44,015 bases of DNA, taken from positions 1-44,015 of the forward strand of contig JTLS01000025.1 in NCBI GenBank assembly GCA_000826855.1, written 5' to 3'. The notes under the pieces are model-generated. The model was not told the origin of the DNA and did not search any database. It worked only from the letters and a program-made list of their open reading frames with translations. This DNA is from Basidioascus undulatus. Taxonomy: Eukaryota. Position numbers and translations under genes: made by a program. Shown piece by piece: positions 25,684 through 36,808 of this stretch (positions are counted from its first letter, which is position 1; every line of letters starts with the position of its first letter).

Positions 25684-26976
25684 TCAAGCTTCGAGAGTGC
25701 TAATGATCCCAACGCAAGTTTCGGCCTCCTTGTTGAGGAAAGGGTTTGGCTCTCTGGTTGGCAACGTCTTTCCCGCTGCACTCGAAACAGGCACCTACAC
25801 CGTGGATACCAGCATCAGAAACATCGCAGGTACAACAATCTGGCATACAGGGTCTAATCCGCACCTGACACTCCCGGTTCGAGCGCTTTGTCAAACGCGA
25901 GCATGACTGTCTCCATGGGCGTGGCTATGTCGGCAAAGCGCGGGTCCATCTCTGCGATGAGCGGGGTATCTGTAAGTATGGTCATTTAGATAAAGAGGGA
26001 CACATATAAATGTTCTCCTACAGATCAGGTTGGGGAAGACTACCCCAAGCGGCAAGAGGCACAGTCAGTGGTCATATATGCTCGGGGGAAGGGACAACGC
26101 AGTCGTGCCTCCATTTACGGTGATTCCCTCGTTGGCCTTGTCTTTTCCCAGAGCACGAACCAGGCCCACAAACCCATATTTGGATGTGCAATAAAGAGGA
26201 TGGGGCGACGGGGCATAAAAGCAACTGTAATGGAAGCGCACTTGTCAACCTCGTCTGCACAGAAGCAGCCCAGAGAAGCACATGAACTCACCTCATAGAG
26301 CCAGTCATCACAACCCGCTTCAAAGCTCTTAAAGTTCTGCAGCCCAGGGGAGACCGTGAAGACCGCGCCCTTGATATTGACGTCCAAAGGCGCGGTCGTC
26401 GGCTCGACGTATTCGTCTGAGTTGGAGTTCAGCCCCGTCTTCGAGAACGCTTGGGTCTGCTCGAGGACTCCAGCATTGGCGAACACTGCAATTCCCCGCC
26501 TATTAAGTCTTTCCTTCTTTCTGAGAACAAGAACAGAGCATACTTACCTTGATCGATTCTCCCGAAGGTTCGTTTTGCGTCGTGGAAGAGGGAAGCCTGT
26601 TCCGAGAACGATGTGACGTCTACTTTACGAAATATCGCAGTTCTGTTTGGGCTACAAGTTTAACGTATACGTTTCACCGGGAGTGAAGCAAGATGTACTC
26701 CGGCGAGAGCTGGTTCAGCTCCAGACGAGCGCCTGGCCAGCGTCAAGGCTGAGGTCTGCGATAGCGATCCGTCCGCTGTATAGGTCGTTTGGGATCTTCA
26801 GGAAAGCCACGACCAAAAATCGAAGAGGGATGCTCACCCTTTCTTCGCCAGATGCAGGGCTAGAGTTCGACCTATGCCAGAAGCACCGCCTTGACCCCAC
26901 GATCGAGGTCAGCAGTGGCATCAAGCACGACCCACGCGCAGCTACCCGCGATTATCGAGACGGCACGGCTTGCCAT
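25684..26976 (-). pseudogene. Short-chain dehydrogenase/reductase (classical SDR), frameshifted
   Basis: MASRAVSIIAGGASGIG; VDVTSF; GRIDQVFANAGV; DVNIKG; VVMTGSMS; catalytic LYCTSKYGFVGLVRAL; GITVNG. The frame breaks near 26722 (gives TGA at 26715-26717), near 26320-26350, and probably near 25750. Confidence 0.8.
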
Positions 26977-27424
26977 ATTTGGCTGCTCAAAGAGGCAAAG
27001 GGTTTACGGGCAGGTGTGTAGGGTAGAAAGCGACGGAGGTCAATAAGGATCGACTCTGCATCATGCGCCATTTGGTCCGGCTGTACCCCATTGCCTTATC
27101 AAGGCCGACTGGGAGGATCGGGCCGCATCTGCGACAACGCGCCTTACGCTTACTACTCTGACGCTCCCACAATACCCTTCCGCATTGTGTAACGCGAAAG
27201 CGACTGCCAGAGAGTGTCTCGACCTTGGTCACCAGCGACAGATCCGCGAGTCACACGCAGTAGCGTTAATCAAGCCGCACGGATACATAGACCTGGTGAA
27301 GCAAGAAGGCAGAGCATGCGGAGAAGCATGGCAGAGAAGGGTTGGGTGAAGGGTCATAACAGATAATGCACTAAGACCGAAACGATGCAAGGCGGCCGTG
27401 ATGAATGAAACTATCCAGCGCCCT

Positions 27425-28784
27425 CTACTCCCTCACGCCGCCCCACCGACTCATCATCACCTGCAGGTCGTGCAACCGCTTCTCGAACTCCTCCTTCACA
27501 GCCGCCCGGTCATCCTCGGGGACGCCGTCCAGGTTGTCCAGCGCGTCCGGTCCAGCCGTCAGTGGGTCGAGCACGATACTCCCACCGCTGGGCAGGGGGA
27601 TCGTGAGCCCGAAGACGGGCTTGACCGCCCCGGCCGGAAGGAGCTTGACGCTCTGCCGCTTGGAGCCCTTGCCACCGCCGTTCGTATGTAGGCCGGCGAG
27701 CACCTCGGCTTGCACGGCGTCAGGGTCCGGAAGGTCCTCGCCTTCGTCGATTTCGGCGAGAGGATTGACAAGCGGCGAGCCGTTGATTGAGAGGATCGAC
27801 TCGCCCCGCTTTGGGCGGCGTGCGGACGGGAATAAGGGCGTGTTGGGGAGGAGCGGGTTGAAAGACGAGGTGGACGGGGGACGAGGGCCGGGGGACGGCG
27901 CGGTGGAGGCGCGGCGGGAGGAGGCACGGGTAGCGCGAGCGCTGGAGGAGACGCGTGTCGTACGGCGTGGAGCAGAGGCAGGTGCGGTGCTGCTGGACGG
28001 TGGGTTCTTGCGGGCTGCAGGACAACAGGGGCGTCAGTCGAATGAAGGCCACGCGCAGTGTCAGCAGAACGCACCGGACTTGGCGGCTTTATTTGATGTT
28101 TGCGGAGCATCGTCCTCGGTGCCGGCAACAGACGCGGCGGGAGTGCCCGCACGTTTCCTATGTCAAAAAGACGGACGATCAGTAGGTGTTCAAGGTTCCT
28201 GAGTAACAGCTAAACGGAGGTGCTCTGATCACGGCTGTCGCGAGATGGCCCCATCCAGCCAAAAGACCCTACTTCCAGCCTCGTTCGAGGGAACGCTCCT
28301 AAGGTTCCCAATGGGTGGGGGCACCGCAGAAGACATAACTCAACGCACCTTTTCCGCGCTGCCTCCCACTCCTCCTCCTTGCCCTGCCCTTCGCGCTCGC
28401 GGACCTGCTCCAGCGCCTCTCCGCGGACAGCACGGGCGATGTCACCGCCGAAGCGGTCCTCAAACTCGCGCAGCGTCATGTTGTGCAGCTGCTTCGGGAT
28501 CGAAGCGATCACCGAGAGAGCGCGGGACTCGTAAGCCGCAATGGACGTGTCCATATGCCTGCGCATCCCTTGGAGCTTGCTTTCGACTGTGGAAGGTGGT
28601 TTCAACGTGAGCTCGTCTTGAGAGAAGAGCAGATGTATGATGCCAGAAACTGACCGTCCATCCGGAATCCTTGGATGATGATAGCTAGCTCCTCAGCCGT
28701 ATGGCCATGCTTGGCCCTGGGTGCCTTTCGAGGCGTGGAGGCCACGGACGCAGCGGGGACTGCTGCTTTGACGGCAGCTGACAT
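27425..28784 (-). CDS. Nbl1/Borealin N-terminal-domain protein (chromosomal passenger complex subunit-like)
   Basis: IIQGFRMD|VESKLQGMRRHMD...VIASIPKQLHNMTLREFEDRFGGDI resembles the Nbl1/Borealin-N pattern (F..EV...IP...R.MT..EF). It is followed by KRKR, a low-complexity linker and a helical C-terminus. Recognised by eye. Confidence 0.7.
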
Positions 28785-29356
28785 GGCGGAAGCGGATATC
28801 GATGGAAGCTGATTCGAAACGGTCGCAGAGCGTTGGCCGGAGGTCGTGATGGCGGGCGGTCGGTCTTGATGGAAGTTGAGAGCAAGGAGCAGGAGCACCA
28901 AAGACTGGCGCGTGTCGCGTCGATTTGGATCACGTGCAAAAATCCTACGCAGCCTGTTCTTGCAATCCATCTGGGGACTGCAAACCCGACTTCCTCGTGT
29001 CATTTTTATTTTCGTAACGATATAATAAGGCCCAAGATTCTGATACAAATTAAGAACCGTGCGAGAAAGAGGCACTGCGGTGGGGCGACATGGAAAGCGC
29101 AATCCCCGGGCGCTGGAATTATAATGGAATCCACCCAGACCAGAACGCGTCCGTGTAATGAAACTAGATTTTGAGAATGCTGATAGGGGCCGACTTATTG
29201 TCGGGGAAAGACCGGTGCGGGGCAGGCTTGAGGTTGATCGGGCGAGAGAGCTCGATGCTGCCCTCCTCTCGAACGAGCTTGGGCATTGAAGTCTCTTTCG
29301 GTCCATTAAACTGCTTCGGTGCTCATTCTTATTAGCTGGCGTCTAAACCGTTTGAA

Positions 29357-30610
29357 TCAAGTGGCCGTTGTTACCTGGGCGCCTGCGCTCGCGCCCTTAG
29401 ACGACTTGCGCTCCTTGCCTGTGAAAACGTCCTTGATCCAGCTGCCGCTCGTGCGCCTGTTGATCGACTGTCCGTTCTTGCCCGCCGAGCGGCTCCCGGT
29501 AACCCGGTTGCGAACTGTCTTGAATTCCACCGCTTGCTCAGGCTCCTGCACCTCGCGGACGACCATATGCGGCGGCACGGTCGGCATGCGCATGTAGGCG
29601 GGGACCTGACTCCCAGCGTCCGCCGCGCTAGGAAGCATCGTGGTAGCAGTAGGGACGCTCGCTCCAAGGACCTTGTCCCATTCTTTAAGTGGCGGAGACG
29701 AGACCGCCTTGCGGCCGGGCATGAGGAAGCGCATGCAGGCGGAGATGAAGCCGCCGATTGCCCTGAAGATGGACGTGATGATGTTGCAGACGAAGGCTAC
29801 GCCGGAGCAGAGCAGGGCCAGGAGGTTTCCAGGCCGAAATTTGGAGGGCTTGCGAGGGAGCGGCGGCGAGGACGGGGCAGCTCGAATGCGCGCTGAGGCC
29901 GCGAGGGGTGAACCGTGCCGAGGAGTAGAGGGCGGCGTGGCGAGTGCAGGGGAGACATAGAGCCGTCCGAGCATCTTGAGTAGCTGCGTTGCCGCGTACG
30001 AGGCCCCGAGGATGTAGGCTATACAGATGATAAAGTGTCAGTTGATGTTAAACTTGCATAGCACACACGGGCCTGACATACTAATTGGATAGCCTTGCAC
30101 TGCGGAGGGGGACGGCGTCAGCCTCTTGGGTATTATCTAAGACCTATCACATTTGAGCTCACTCAGTGTTAGGACCAGGATATTGACCGCGCAGATAGTC
30201 ATCGTCCCTAATACACCACTGCGATTAAACGGACGTCAGTCTCTGGAGGACGGGCATTTTAAAGCTGCTTGTCGCTCACACGATAGTTTGCTTGACCGTT
30301 CGACCACTGACGGTCCGCTGCAGGTGATTTTTGAATAGAGGGAGCAGGAACAGGCTCGAAAGCTACCAACGAAAGTCGTGAGTCCCACTCCACTGCCCTT
30401 TTAGTGGGACGAAAGGACGTAGACTCACGAAGATGTAGACAAGGCCATTGTAAGTGAGTAGGGCCTCGTATCTGTGCACTCAAAGTCCCATCAGCTAGTT
30501 TCAGTCGACTACAAACCCCTTGGGCACTTACTGCCCCACCATGACCGCCGTCCACACGCTCGGCTGCTCCTCGCGTAGGAGCAGAGTGCGACCCGCGTAG
30601 CTTGAATAGG
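29357..30610 (-). CDS. Hypothetical multi-exon protein with hydrophobic segments; start not resolved
   Basis: 205-aa terminal ORF (29357-29974) extended upstream by exons with GTAAGT/GTGAGT/GTGAGC donors (EQPSVWTAVMVGQ|YEALLTYNGLVYIF...YILGASYAATQLLKMLG). No family recognised. Confidence 0.5.
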
Positions 30611-30886
30611 CTGTGAGTCAGATAAGGAAGATATGCCACCAGTCTTGAAACAGCACTCACAATACGCCCATCACGAACAGGTAAGGTAGGAGGGTGAGAA
30701 TCAGACGCTTTGCCGGCGCGAGGACGACGCTTGTCGTGCGTTGGTAGAGCGTTCGCCGAGGAGAAACGAACTGCGGCTTCGGCGCCACCTCAAGCTGTAT
30801 GTTTTGTTTTCAGGATGTGAGGCCCAAAGTCCGTGGATGGTTCATTCGCACCTCTTCCAACCGAAGTGTCAGCCTCACATTCAAAG

Positions 30887-31417
30887 TCATTGGAAGATGT
30901 GCTCACTTTCGATCAGAAAGAGAACGAGCGGGCTCGACGCTCCTCCGTCTCCCAGGGCGAAGCAATCGTACTTCTTCTCGTCCTGCCCCTTCTTCGTCTT
31001 CATCCCCGCTTTGATCGAAGCCGCGATCTTCTCCAGGTCCGCCGCCGACCCGTTCTGGCCGCCTGTCATGCCCTCCACCGGCTGCACTTGCAGCGCGTTG
31101 TCGGCAAGAACGACGGCGACGTTCTGCTTAGGGTAAGCCCCGCTTTATCGAAGTAGCGTGAAATGTCAGTGTCGGATAGAGATGGGGGAGCAATTTTGAT
31201 CAGATCGGTCCCACCTGATCTCCTTGCAGATCTGCCCACAGAGGTCGGCGTAGTCGCCCTCCTTGCAGCTCATTGCGGCGCACAGTTTCTGAAGCTTGTC
31301 CGCCGTGACGGCAGTGGCGGGCTCGTCGAACTTCATCATGTCGAGGTGCTCAGGCGACATGGTCGTGGCCATCAGCGTTGGAACAGATCGGTCCGCGTTT
31401 GTCCACAGAGCGGACAT
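30887..31417 (-). CDS. Hypothetical ~150-aa protein, one intron
   Basis: MSALWTNADRSV...LCGQICKEIS|GAYPKQNVAVVLADNALQ...LFLIESEHIFQ*. A GT..CTGAC..AAG intron joins the two ORF-track fragments in frame; GC3-rich codons. Confidence 0.65.
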
Positions 31418-32152
31418 GGGAGTAGAAGAGGTGGCGTTGTGAGATGCGTCCTGTTTTTTAGGTCACCTTCCGCAGACGTTGAGTCAATGCGGGAGGCAGG
31501 GCCAACGATATAGACGGGTTTCATGAATGTGCCGCCGCTGCCCCGCGAAGCTGGTGAAGAAGTCTCGCTTCGGGCTGCGCTTTCTGAACTAGATCAGCCT
31601 CGTTAGCTAGGGTGTTCCACTTGGCAAGTGGTATTATGAATGATTACAAATAAGCTTAGACAACTCCAATCGTGATTGTTGATGAATCTGAAGAGTGTTT
31701 GAGCCCCGAGGCCTGGCCATCCTGATTAGCTTAGCATGCTCAATCCGGTTGATGAAACGGAGGAAGATATCGGGAAATGTGAGTTGTAATCGTTCCAGTT
31801 GATAACACCTGAACGTGGACTGGAAAATCGCCATGTGAAGGAACCAGCCTGAGGGTGGGGTCGCTTTCATCTGTTGCTGGCCGACAGTCAAACAGTTCCG
31901 CCCCCGCTTGAGCCATGTCACTCTCAAAGATGTTCCACTAAACGACAAACCATCTTCTCAAACGCGCCCTAATTTCTACCTGCTGTGTTTACAGACTGTC
32001 AAGCAATGGCTCTTGCCGGGCTCAAAAGGTGCGACTGCCGGACGGGACGGAAGGCGGGGGCGGGTGGAGCGAGTGCTACATGGTGTTGCGGACGTTCTGA
32101 GGACGATGTGTTAAATGAAAGTGCCCCCCCAAAAAAAAAGCAACAAAAGATG

Positions 32153-32244
32153 CGACCAGAGCAGGATTTGAACCTACGCGGGCAAAGCCCATGAGATGTC
32201 GAGATGATTCGAGTCTCACGCCTTAACCGCTCGGCCATCTAGTC
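32153..32244 (-). tRNA. tRNA-Ser(CGA) with a 10-nt intron (32198-32207)
   Basis: Acceptor stem GACTAGA/TCTGGTC plus discriminator G; A-box TGGCCGAGCGG; anticodon arm TGAGA-CT-CGA-A^A-TCTCA; long variable arm GGGCTTTGCCC; T-loop GGTTCAAATCC; oligo-T Pol III terminator downstream. Confidence 0.95.
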
Positions 32245-32593
32245 CTGTTGCTTTCATCCCGTGATAAACAAATGATGCAACACTTGCTCTTCACGCGCGC
32301 CTTTCCCGCGACCCTCCTCTCACCCCAAAGCGCCGTGCTGTCACACACCTACAAAGGGGGACTTCTTACAGCTACAGCTATCATTGGTGTTCGACCTTCG
32401 ATATTGAAACAACGGTAAACGACTCTCAAGCCCGAGAGCAAGGAACCTCCCTGGTCCCATATACCCTCCCCTTTCTTCCCCTCTCCGGCCTTCCCCACCT
32501 CCCCTTCCCTCCCTCTCCTCCGGTCTTTCCTCTCTCCCTTTGCTACTACTTGACCTTTGTCCCTCACCGCCTCACCTGCTTGCCCGCCCACAG

Positions 32594-33656
32594 CCATGTT
32601 CGGCGTGCCCAAGTACAGCAAGGCGCTCGAGCGCCTGCGCGTCGAGCGCGACGTAGAAGGCCTCTTCGAGCACAACCTCGTCTCCGTCGACGCGAAGCGC
32701 AAGGCCGCGACGTTCAAGCGCCCTGACGGGACCACCATCGAGCGCGAGTTCGATCTCCTGCACGTCACGCCCCCGCAGGGCCCGCTTGAGTTTGTGAAGA
32801 ACTCGCCGCTCGGTGCGTGTTTTATTTCTTCGCCCTTCCATCTGCCCTTGCGCTTTCCCACTTTCCTCTTCCCATTTGCCTCGTCCCTCTTGAAATACTG
32901 ACTGACATGCTGGGCATTCGCAGCCGACGCCGCCGGCTGGGTCTCCGTCGACCCGGCGACGACGCAGCACACAAAGTTTGCGAACGTCTTCTCCCTCGGC
33001 GACGCGTCCTCCATGCCCAATTCCAAGACCGCCGCGGCCATCACGTCCCAGGCGCCCGTGCTCGTGCACAACCTCCGCGCGGCGATGGACGGCAAGAAGA
33101 GCAGGGCGGCGTACGGTGCGTCACACTTCCCTCCCCATTCTTCTCCTCCTCCCCTCTTTCCCCTGAGCCTTCTCTGACCTGATGGCATGTCCGGGGAAAC
33201 AGACGGCTATGCCTCCTGGTCCGTCCCCTTACTCCACCCCTGCCTTCTTACCTTAACTGACTTTCCGCGCGCCGACGCAGCCCCCTCCTGACCGGCCACA
33301 ACGAGCTCATGCTCTGCGAGTTCAAGTACGGCGGTGTCCCGAAGGAGACGTTCGCGCCCGTCTTCGGCTCGCAGGACGTCCCGCGCCGGGCGTTCTATCA
33401 CCTCAAGAAGTGCGTCTTCCCCGCTCCTCCTCTCCTTCTTCCCTCTCCTCTTTCTGGGTTAGAGTTGGCTGGATGCGGGGACTGATTGCGGGTGTCGGGG
33501 ATAGGGACTTCTTCCCCGTCGTGTACTGGAACAACTTCGTCAAGGGCACGTGGTTCGGTCCTTCGGTGCGTCCTTCCTCTTCTCCACCCCTCTTCATCTC
33601 TGAGCCTTCTTGCCGTCCGCAACTTGTAGGGCCCGATCCGCCCGACTTTCGACTAA
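32594..33656 (+). pseudogene. Sulfide:quinone oxidoreductase (SQOR/Hmt2-like), C-terminal half only; 5' exons absent
   Basis: MFGVPKYSKAL...FDLLHVTPPQGP...GWVSVDPATTQH..FANVFSLGDASSMPNSKTAAA...YDGYASCPLLTG...LCEFKYGG..KETF...FYHLKKDFFPVVYW...GTWFGP...; TAA 33654-33656. Preceded by a pyrimidine tract and CAG acceptor, with no upstream SQR exons before the tRNA. Confidence 0.75.
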
Positions 33657-34042
33657 GCGCATAGCGTGCGTTTGGTGATGGGGGACGTTGGTGCTTGCTT
33701 TCGGCTAGCATGTATACCATTTTTGTCTTCTTGCTTTTTTGCCGTTGAAGGGGGGTCGATGAGCATATAGACATTAATTTCGTTGAAGGAGGAGGATGCT
33801 TGAGGCGCTTGATGTGCGTGCGTGGGCTGGGCTGAGGCAGCGCTCTTTTTCCGCATCGAGTATTGTAGTAGGCATTTTCACGCAGTGACACTGGTCCGCA
33901 TCAATTTGAAGTCTGTTTTGAGGCAGTTGTCGGCTTTTTTGGAACTCCAGCACTGTCAAGTGTCCGGCTGTTCCTAGCCATGCTCTTCTGCGGTGTTTGT
34001 GAACCCACGCAACGGAGTTCCCCATTTCATTACCTAGCACAT

Positions 34043-34062
34043 ACACACACACACACACACAC
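34043..34062. repeat. (AC)10 microsatellite
   Basis: Directly visible dinucleotide run. Confidence 0.95.
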
Positions 34063-34873
34063 TTCTCTCAAAGATGGACGGACTGCAAGCGAATCATCTG
34101 CCATGCAGCGGCACCGAAGTTACCGATCGCAAACGGTGCAGGCGGGGATCGCTTTCGACTTTCGGCTGCCCTTGGGCCCCTGCCGCTGCATGGCAAGCCT
34201 CAGGGCGCTAGCCAGCGCTTTTCTCGATGTATTGCATGTTTGGAACGTAATATGGGTGGCTGTAATCACAAATAGTCCTGCCCCCTGGACAACAAGTGTA
34301 CTTGTCCATGCGGTACTTAGTCTCTTTCGTCCTGCGAGCTTGAACATTCACCGACGTTCCCACAACGCCGCCCCGCTTCCCGTCTTGTTATCGACTACCT
34401 CTCCCACTGTATTATCGTAACTCTCGGAACAGCCCGCCATGTATACACCCGCCATCATAAAACCCCTCGGCATGCGCGGGCCGCATCCGTTTTCGCTGCC
34501 GGACGACGACCTCGAGGGACACGCTCGTTTTCGTCCAGGTCATCCTCGACCCGCTCCCGCCTGGCTTGCAGGACCGAGAAGAGTGGCTTTTCCTGATCTT
34601 TTCGAAGTTTGGCAGAGTGTAAGTGTGCTCTGTGCTCCTCATGCTGCCTTTGGGCTTTGTAAACTGAAGTGAGGTGAGGTGGCCTTGGTGTGCGACAGCA
34701 CGCCTTCTCGCCCGATGCGTTCAGCCTCCGGGGTGCTAGGTACGGACATGTCCGAATGACTTACCGCGAGTCCGCCCCGGCTGCGATCAAAGGTATCATC
34801 GAGGCCCCCGGGAGCGGTACGTCCATGTTGTCAAGGGAAACATCGACGGCTATCGCAGAAACTGCACCTGGAG

Positions 34874-35703
34874 CTACGGGCCGTGGCCCCCGCCGCCTGC
34901 GCCTTCTCTTACGGCACGCTCGGCAGCGTTCCTGGTGGAGAACCTAGGCGGACCCCCCAATTCCATGGGTACAAAGGGCCTCGGGTAGTTGCGCTTCTCC
35001 GTCTGCCACACACAGGAGCCCAATGCGTACACACGCTAGCTGGGCTGAACCCGGCGCCCGCTGAGACTTCGGGCGCCCTACAGGCGACCGAGGTGTGCCT
35101 GGACTCGAGGTCAGCTATCACCACGGGCTCCGAGTACATTATGTTCCTGAGCACGAGGTCCTTATGGATTACTCCGTGCGAGTGTAGCCACTTGAGACCC
35201 GAGACCATCTGCAGCAGCCATGTTGCGTGCTGCTTAAAGTCTGTGTCCCTGTGGCCCACTACATACTCGAAGAGGTCGGTCGTGTACCTAGGGAACACAA
35301 GCCTCATGTCCTCTGTACGCCCCAGTAGTTCTATCACAGATGGGCACCCTCTGACCTTGAGCAGGTTCTATATCTCGCTCCTGTACATGCAGCGCTTGAG
35401 ATAGTGGGTCTCCTCGCTGACCTTGGCGACCGGAAGCGTGGATATCTCCTCAGATATGTCCTCGCTGTCGTCCTCCGGCTCGTCAGGCTCCCGCGGTTCC
35501 TCGTACTCTATGTGTGCAACATCGTCTCCGTCTATCAGGAGGCTGCGGCCGTACCCAGGGAGGTCCTTCCTGAAGGCGAGGATATCGGCAGCCAGGGTCC
35601 CCGGTCTGTAGACGAACCTCACGTAGCACCCGTCGTACCAGAGGTAAGCATCTGTATCCGAGTAAAGCCAGCGGCAGCCCTTTGAGTATCCGAACTTATT
35701 CAT
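34874..35703 (-). pseudogene. Intronless protein-kinase-like gene with a premature stop and a frameshift
   Basis: MNKFGYS...HYLKRCMYRSEI*NLLKVRGCPSVIELLGRT...GLKWLHSHGVIHKDLVLRNI...VIADLE...RAPEV...FSPAS/VYALG. TAG at 35368-35370; 1-nt deletion near 35033 in the expected SDVYALG motif. 3' end approximate. Confidence 0.82.
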
Positions 35704-36808
35704 CGCGTCTGGTGTAGCGCTAGCAACCGCAGTTGGGGATCGTTCCGCCGTTCGTGCCCCGGCCTTGCTGCGCGCTGCCCCGGAACGAAGCTGTGCCCCC
35801 GGAGCACCAACGCTGAAAAGTGTAACGCGGTTGAAGCTCAATCCTGGTTCCAAATTCAGGCCTTGGTGCTACGGCAAAAGCAAGAACGAAAAAATCAATG
35901 AAGCATTGGTAGAAGCAACACGCAAGCGAGGTAAACCTGAACAGCTCGAACAGTCATGCTGAGATCTTCAACGACTTCAATTCTGGAAGGTCCGACTCTT
36001 TGTGCCTGGTCGGATTGTTCGGCTTGCAATGGCAATCATGGGTACGTGATCACCCTATTCATAATTGATCACCATTCTTCATACTTTTTTGGGAATATCG
36101 ATAGATTGCGGACACGAGTCAAGCACAAGGACGCGAGGATGTCGATTGCTCGAACCTCAGTGTAGAGACCTCGGCCTGACGCACATGCAGATACGTTACA
36201 AGGAGACGTTGAACCATTCCCCTGATCGCAGGAGGTTTATGATGGGACATATGTCCGAATTTATTACGGCCGTTTGGCTACAAGTTATCACCAACAGAAG
36301 AAGTATCTGAACTGGAGTTCAGGTGCTCCCCACCTTCAATTGCAGGCGTCGTCAACCTGCACGACAGGCCCGCTTTCGGCTTGTCCGGTGGGGTCGGAAA
36401 TTGACACTATCGTAAAGTATAAGGTAATATTGCCGGCGCCTTGCATAATCCCTATGCAGGCTTCCGGGCTGATTGCTCTGCGTCCGGCCGCATGGCACTG
36501 GCACTGGGCCCGTTGGTTCTCAGCTGAATACATTTACCTTCCCAGGCTCCGCGGGGACCCCCCTTCATGGTCGTCCATCGCTCGGTATACGTCTGTTTTG
36601 ATTGTTTTTCTTGAAGTCGCAGGGCTTCTCAGCAAAAAAATGCCTGTGTTCTTTGCTGTAATCCGTTATCGCAATCGCCGATGACGTGACCGGCGAGAAC
36701 GCTTCATCCACGGCCCTCTTGCGTCTTCTGCTCCTTCTCCACCACCATCCCTTCAGCCCAACCACCAGCCACTCCCAGAGCACCGTACCAATTCGCTAAT
36801 ATCGCACC

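Noticed and set aside
21315..26976. Secondary-metabolite cluster (acyl-CoA synthetase plus SDR, with the lipase further upstream)
   Set aside because: No PKS/NRPS/terpene backbone gene, transporter or cluster regulator; the SDR is broken and neighbours are housekeeping genes.
29145..29150. MCB element ACGCGT upstream of the Borealin-like gene
   Set aside because: A single hexamer in GC-rich DNA where CGCG is abundant; not distinguishable from chance.
32153..32244. Recoding tRNA-Ser (CUG-Ser type) or tRNA-Sec
   Set aside because: After removing the 10-nt intron the anticodon is CGA, a standard Ser decoder, with a normal 7-bp acceptor stem.
35368..35370. Premature TAG corrected by A-to-I mRNA editing (UAG to UGG), as known for some Sordariomycete genes
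   Set aside because: The gene also has a frameshift that such editing cannot fix, and this mechanism is documented in ascomycete sexual development, not established for this lineage.
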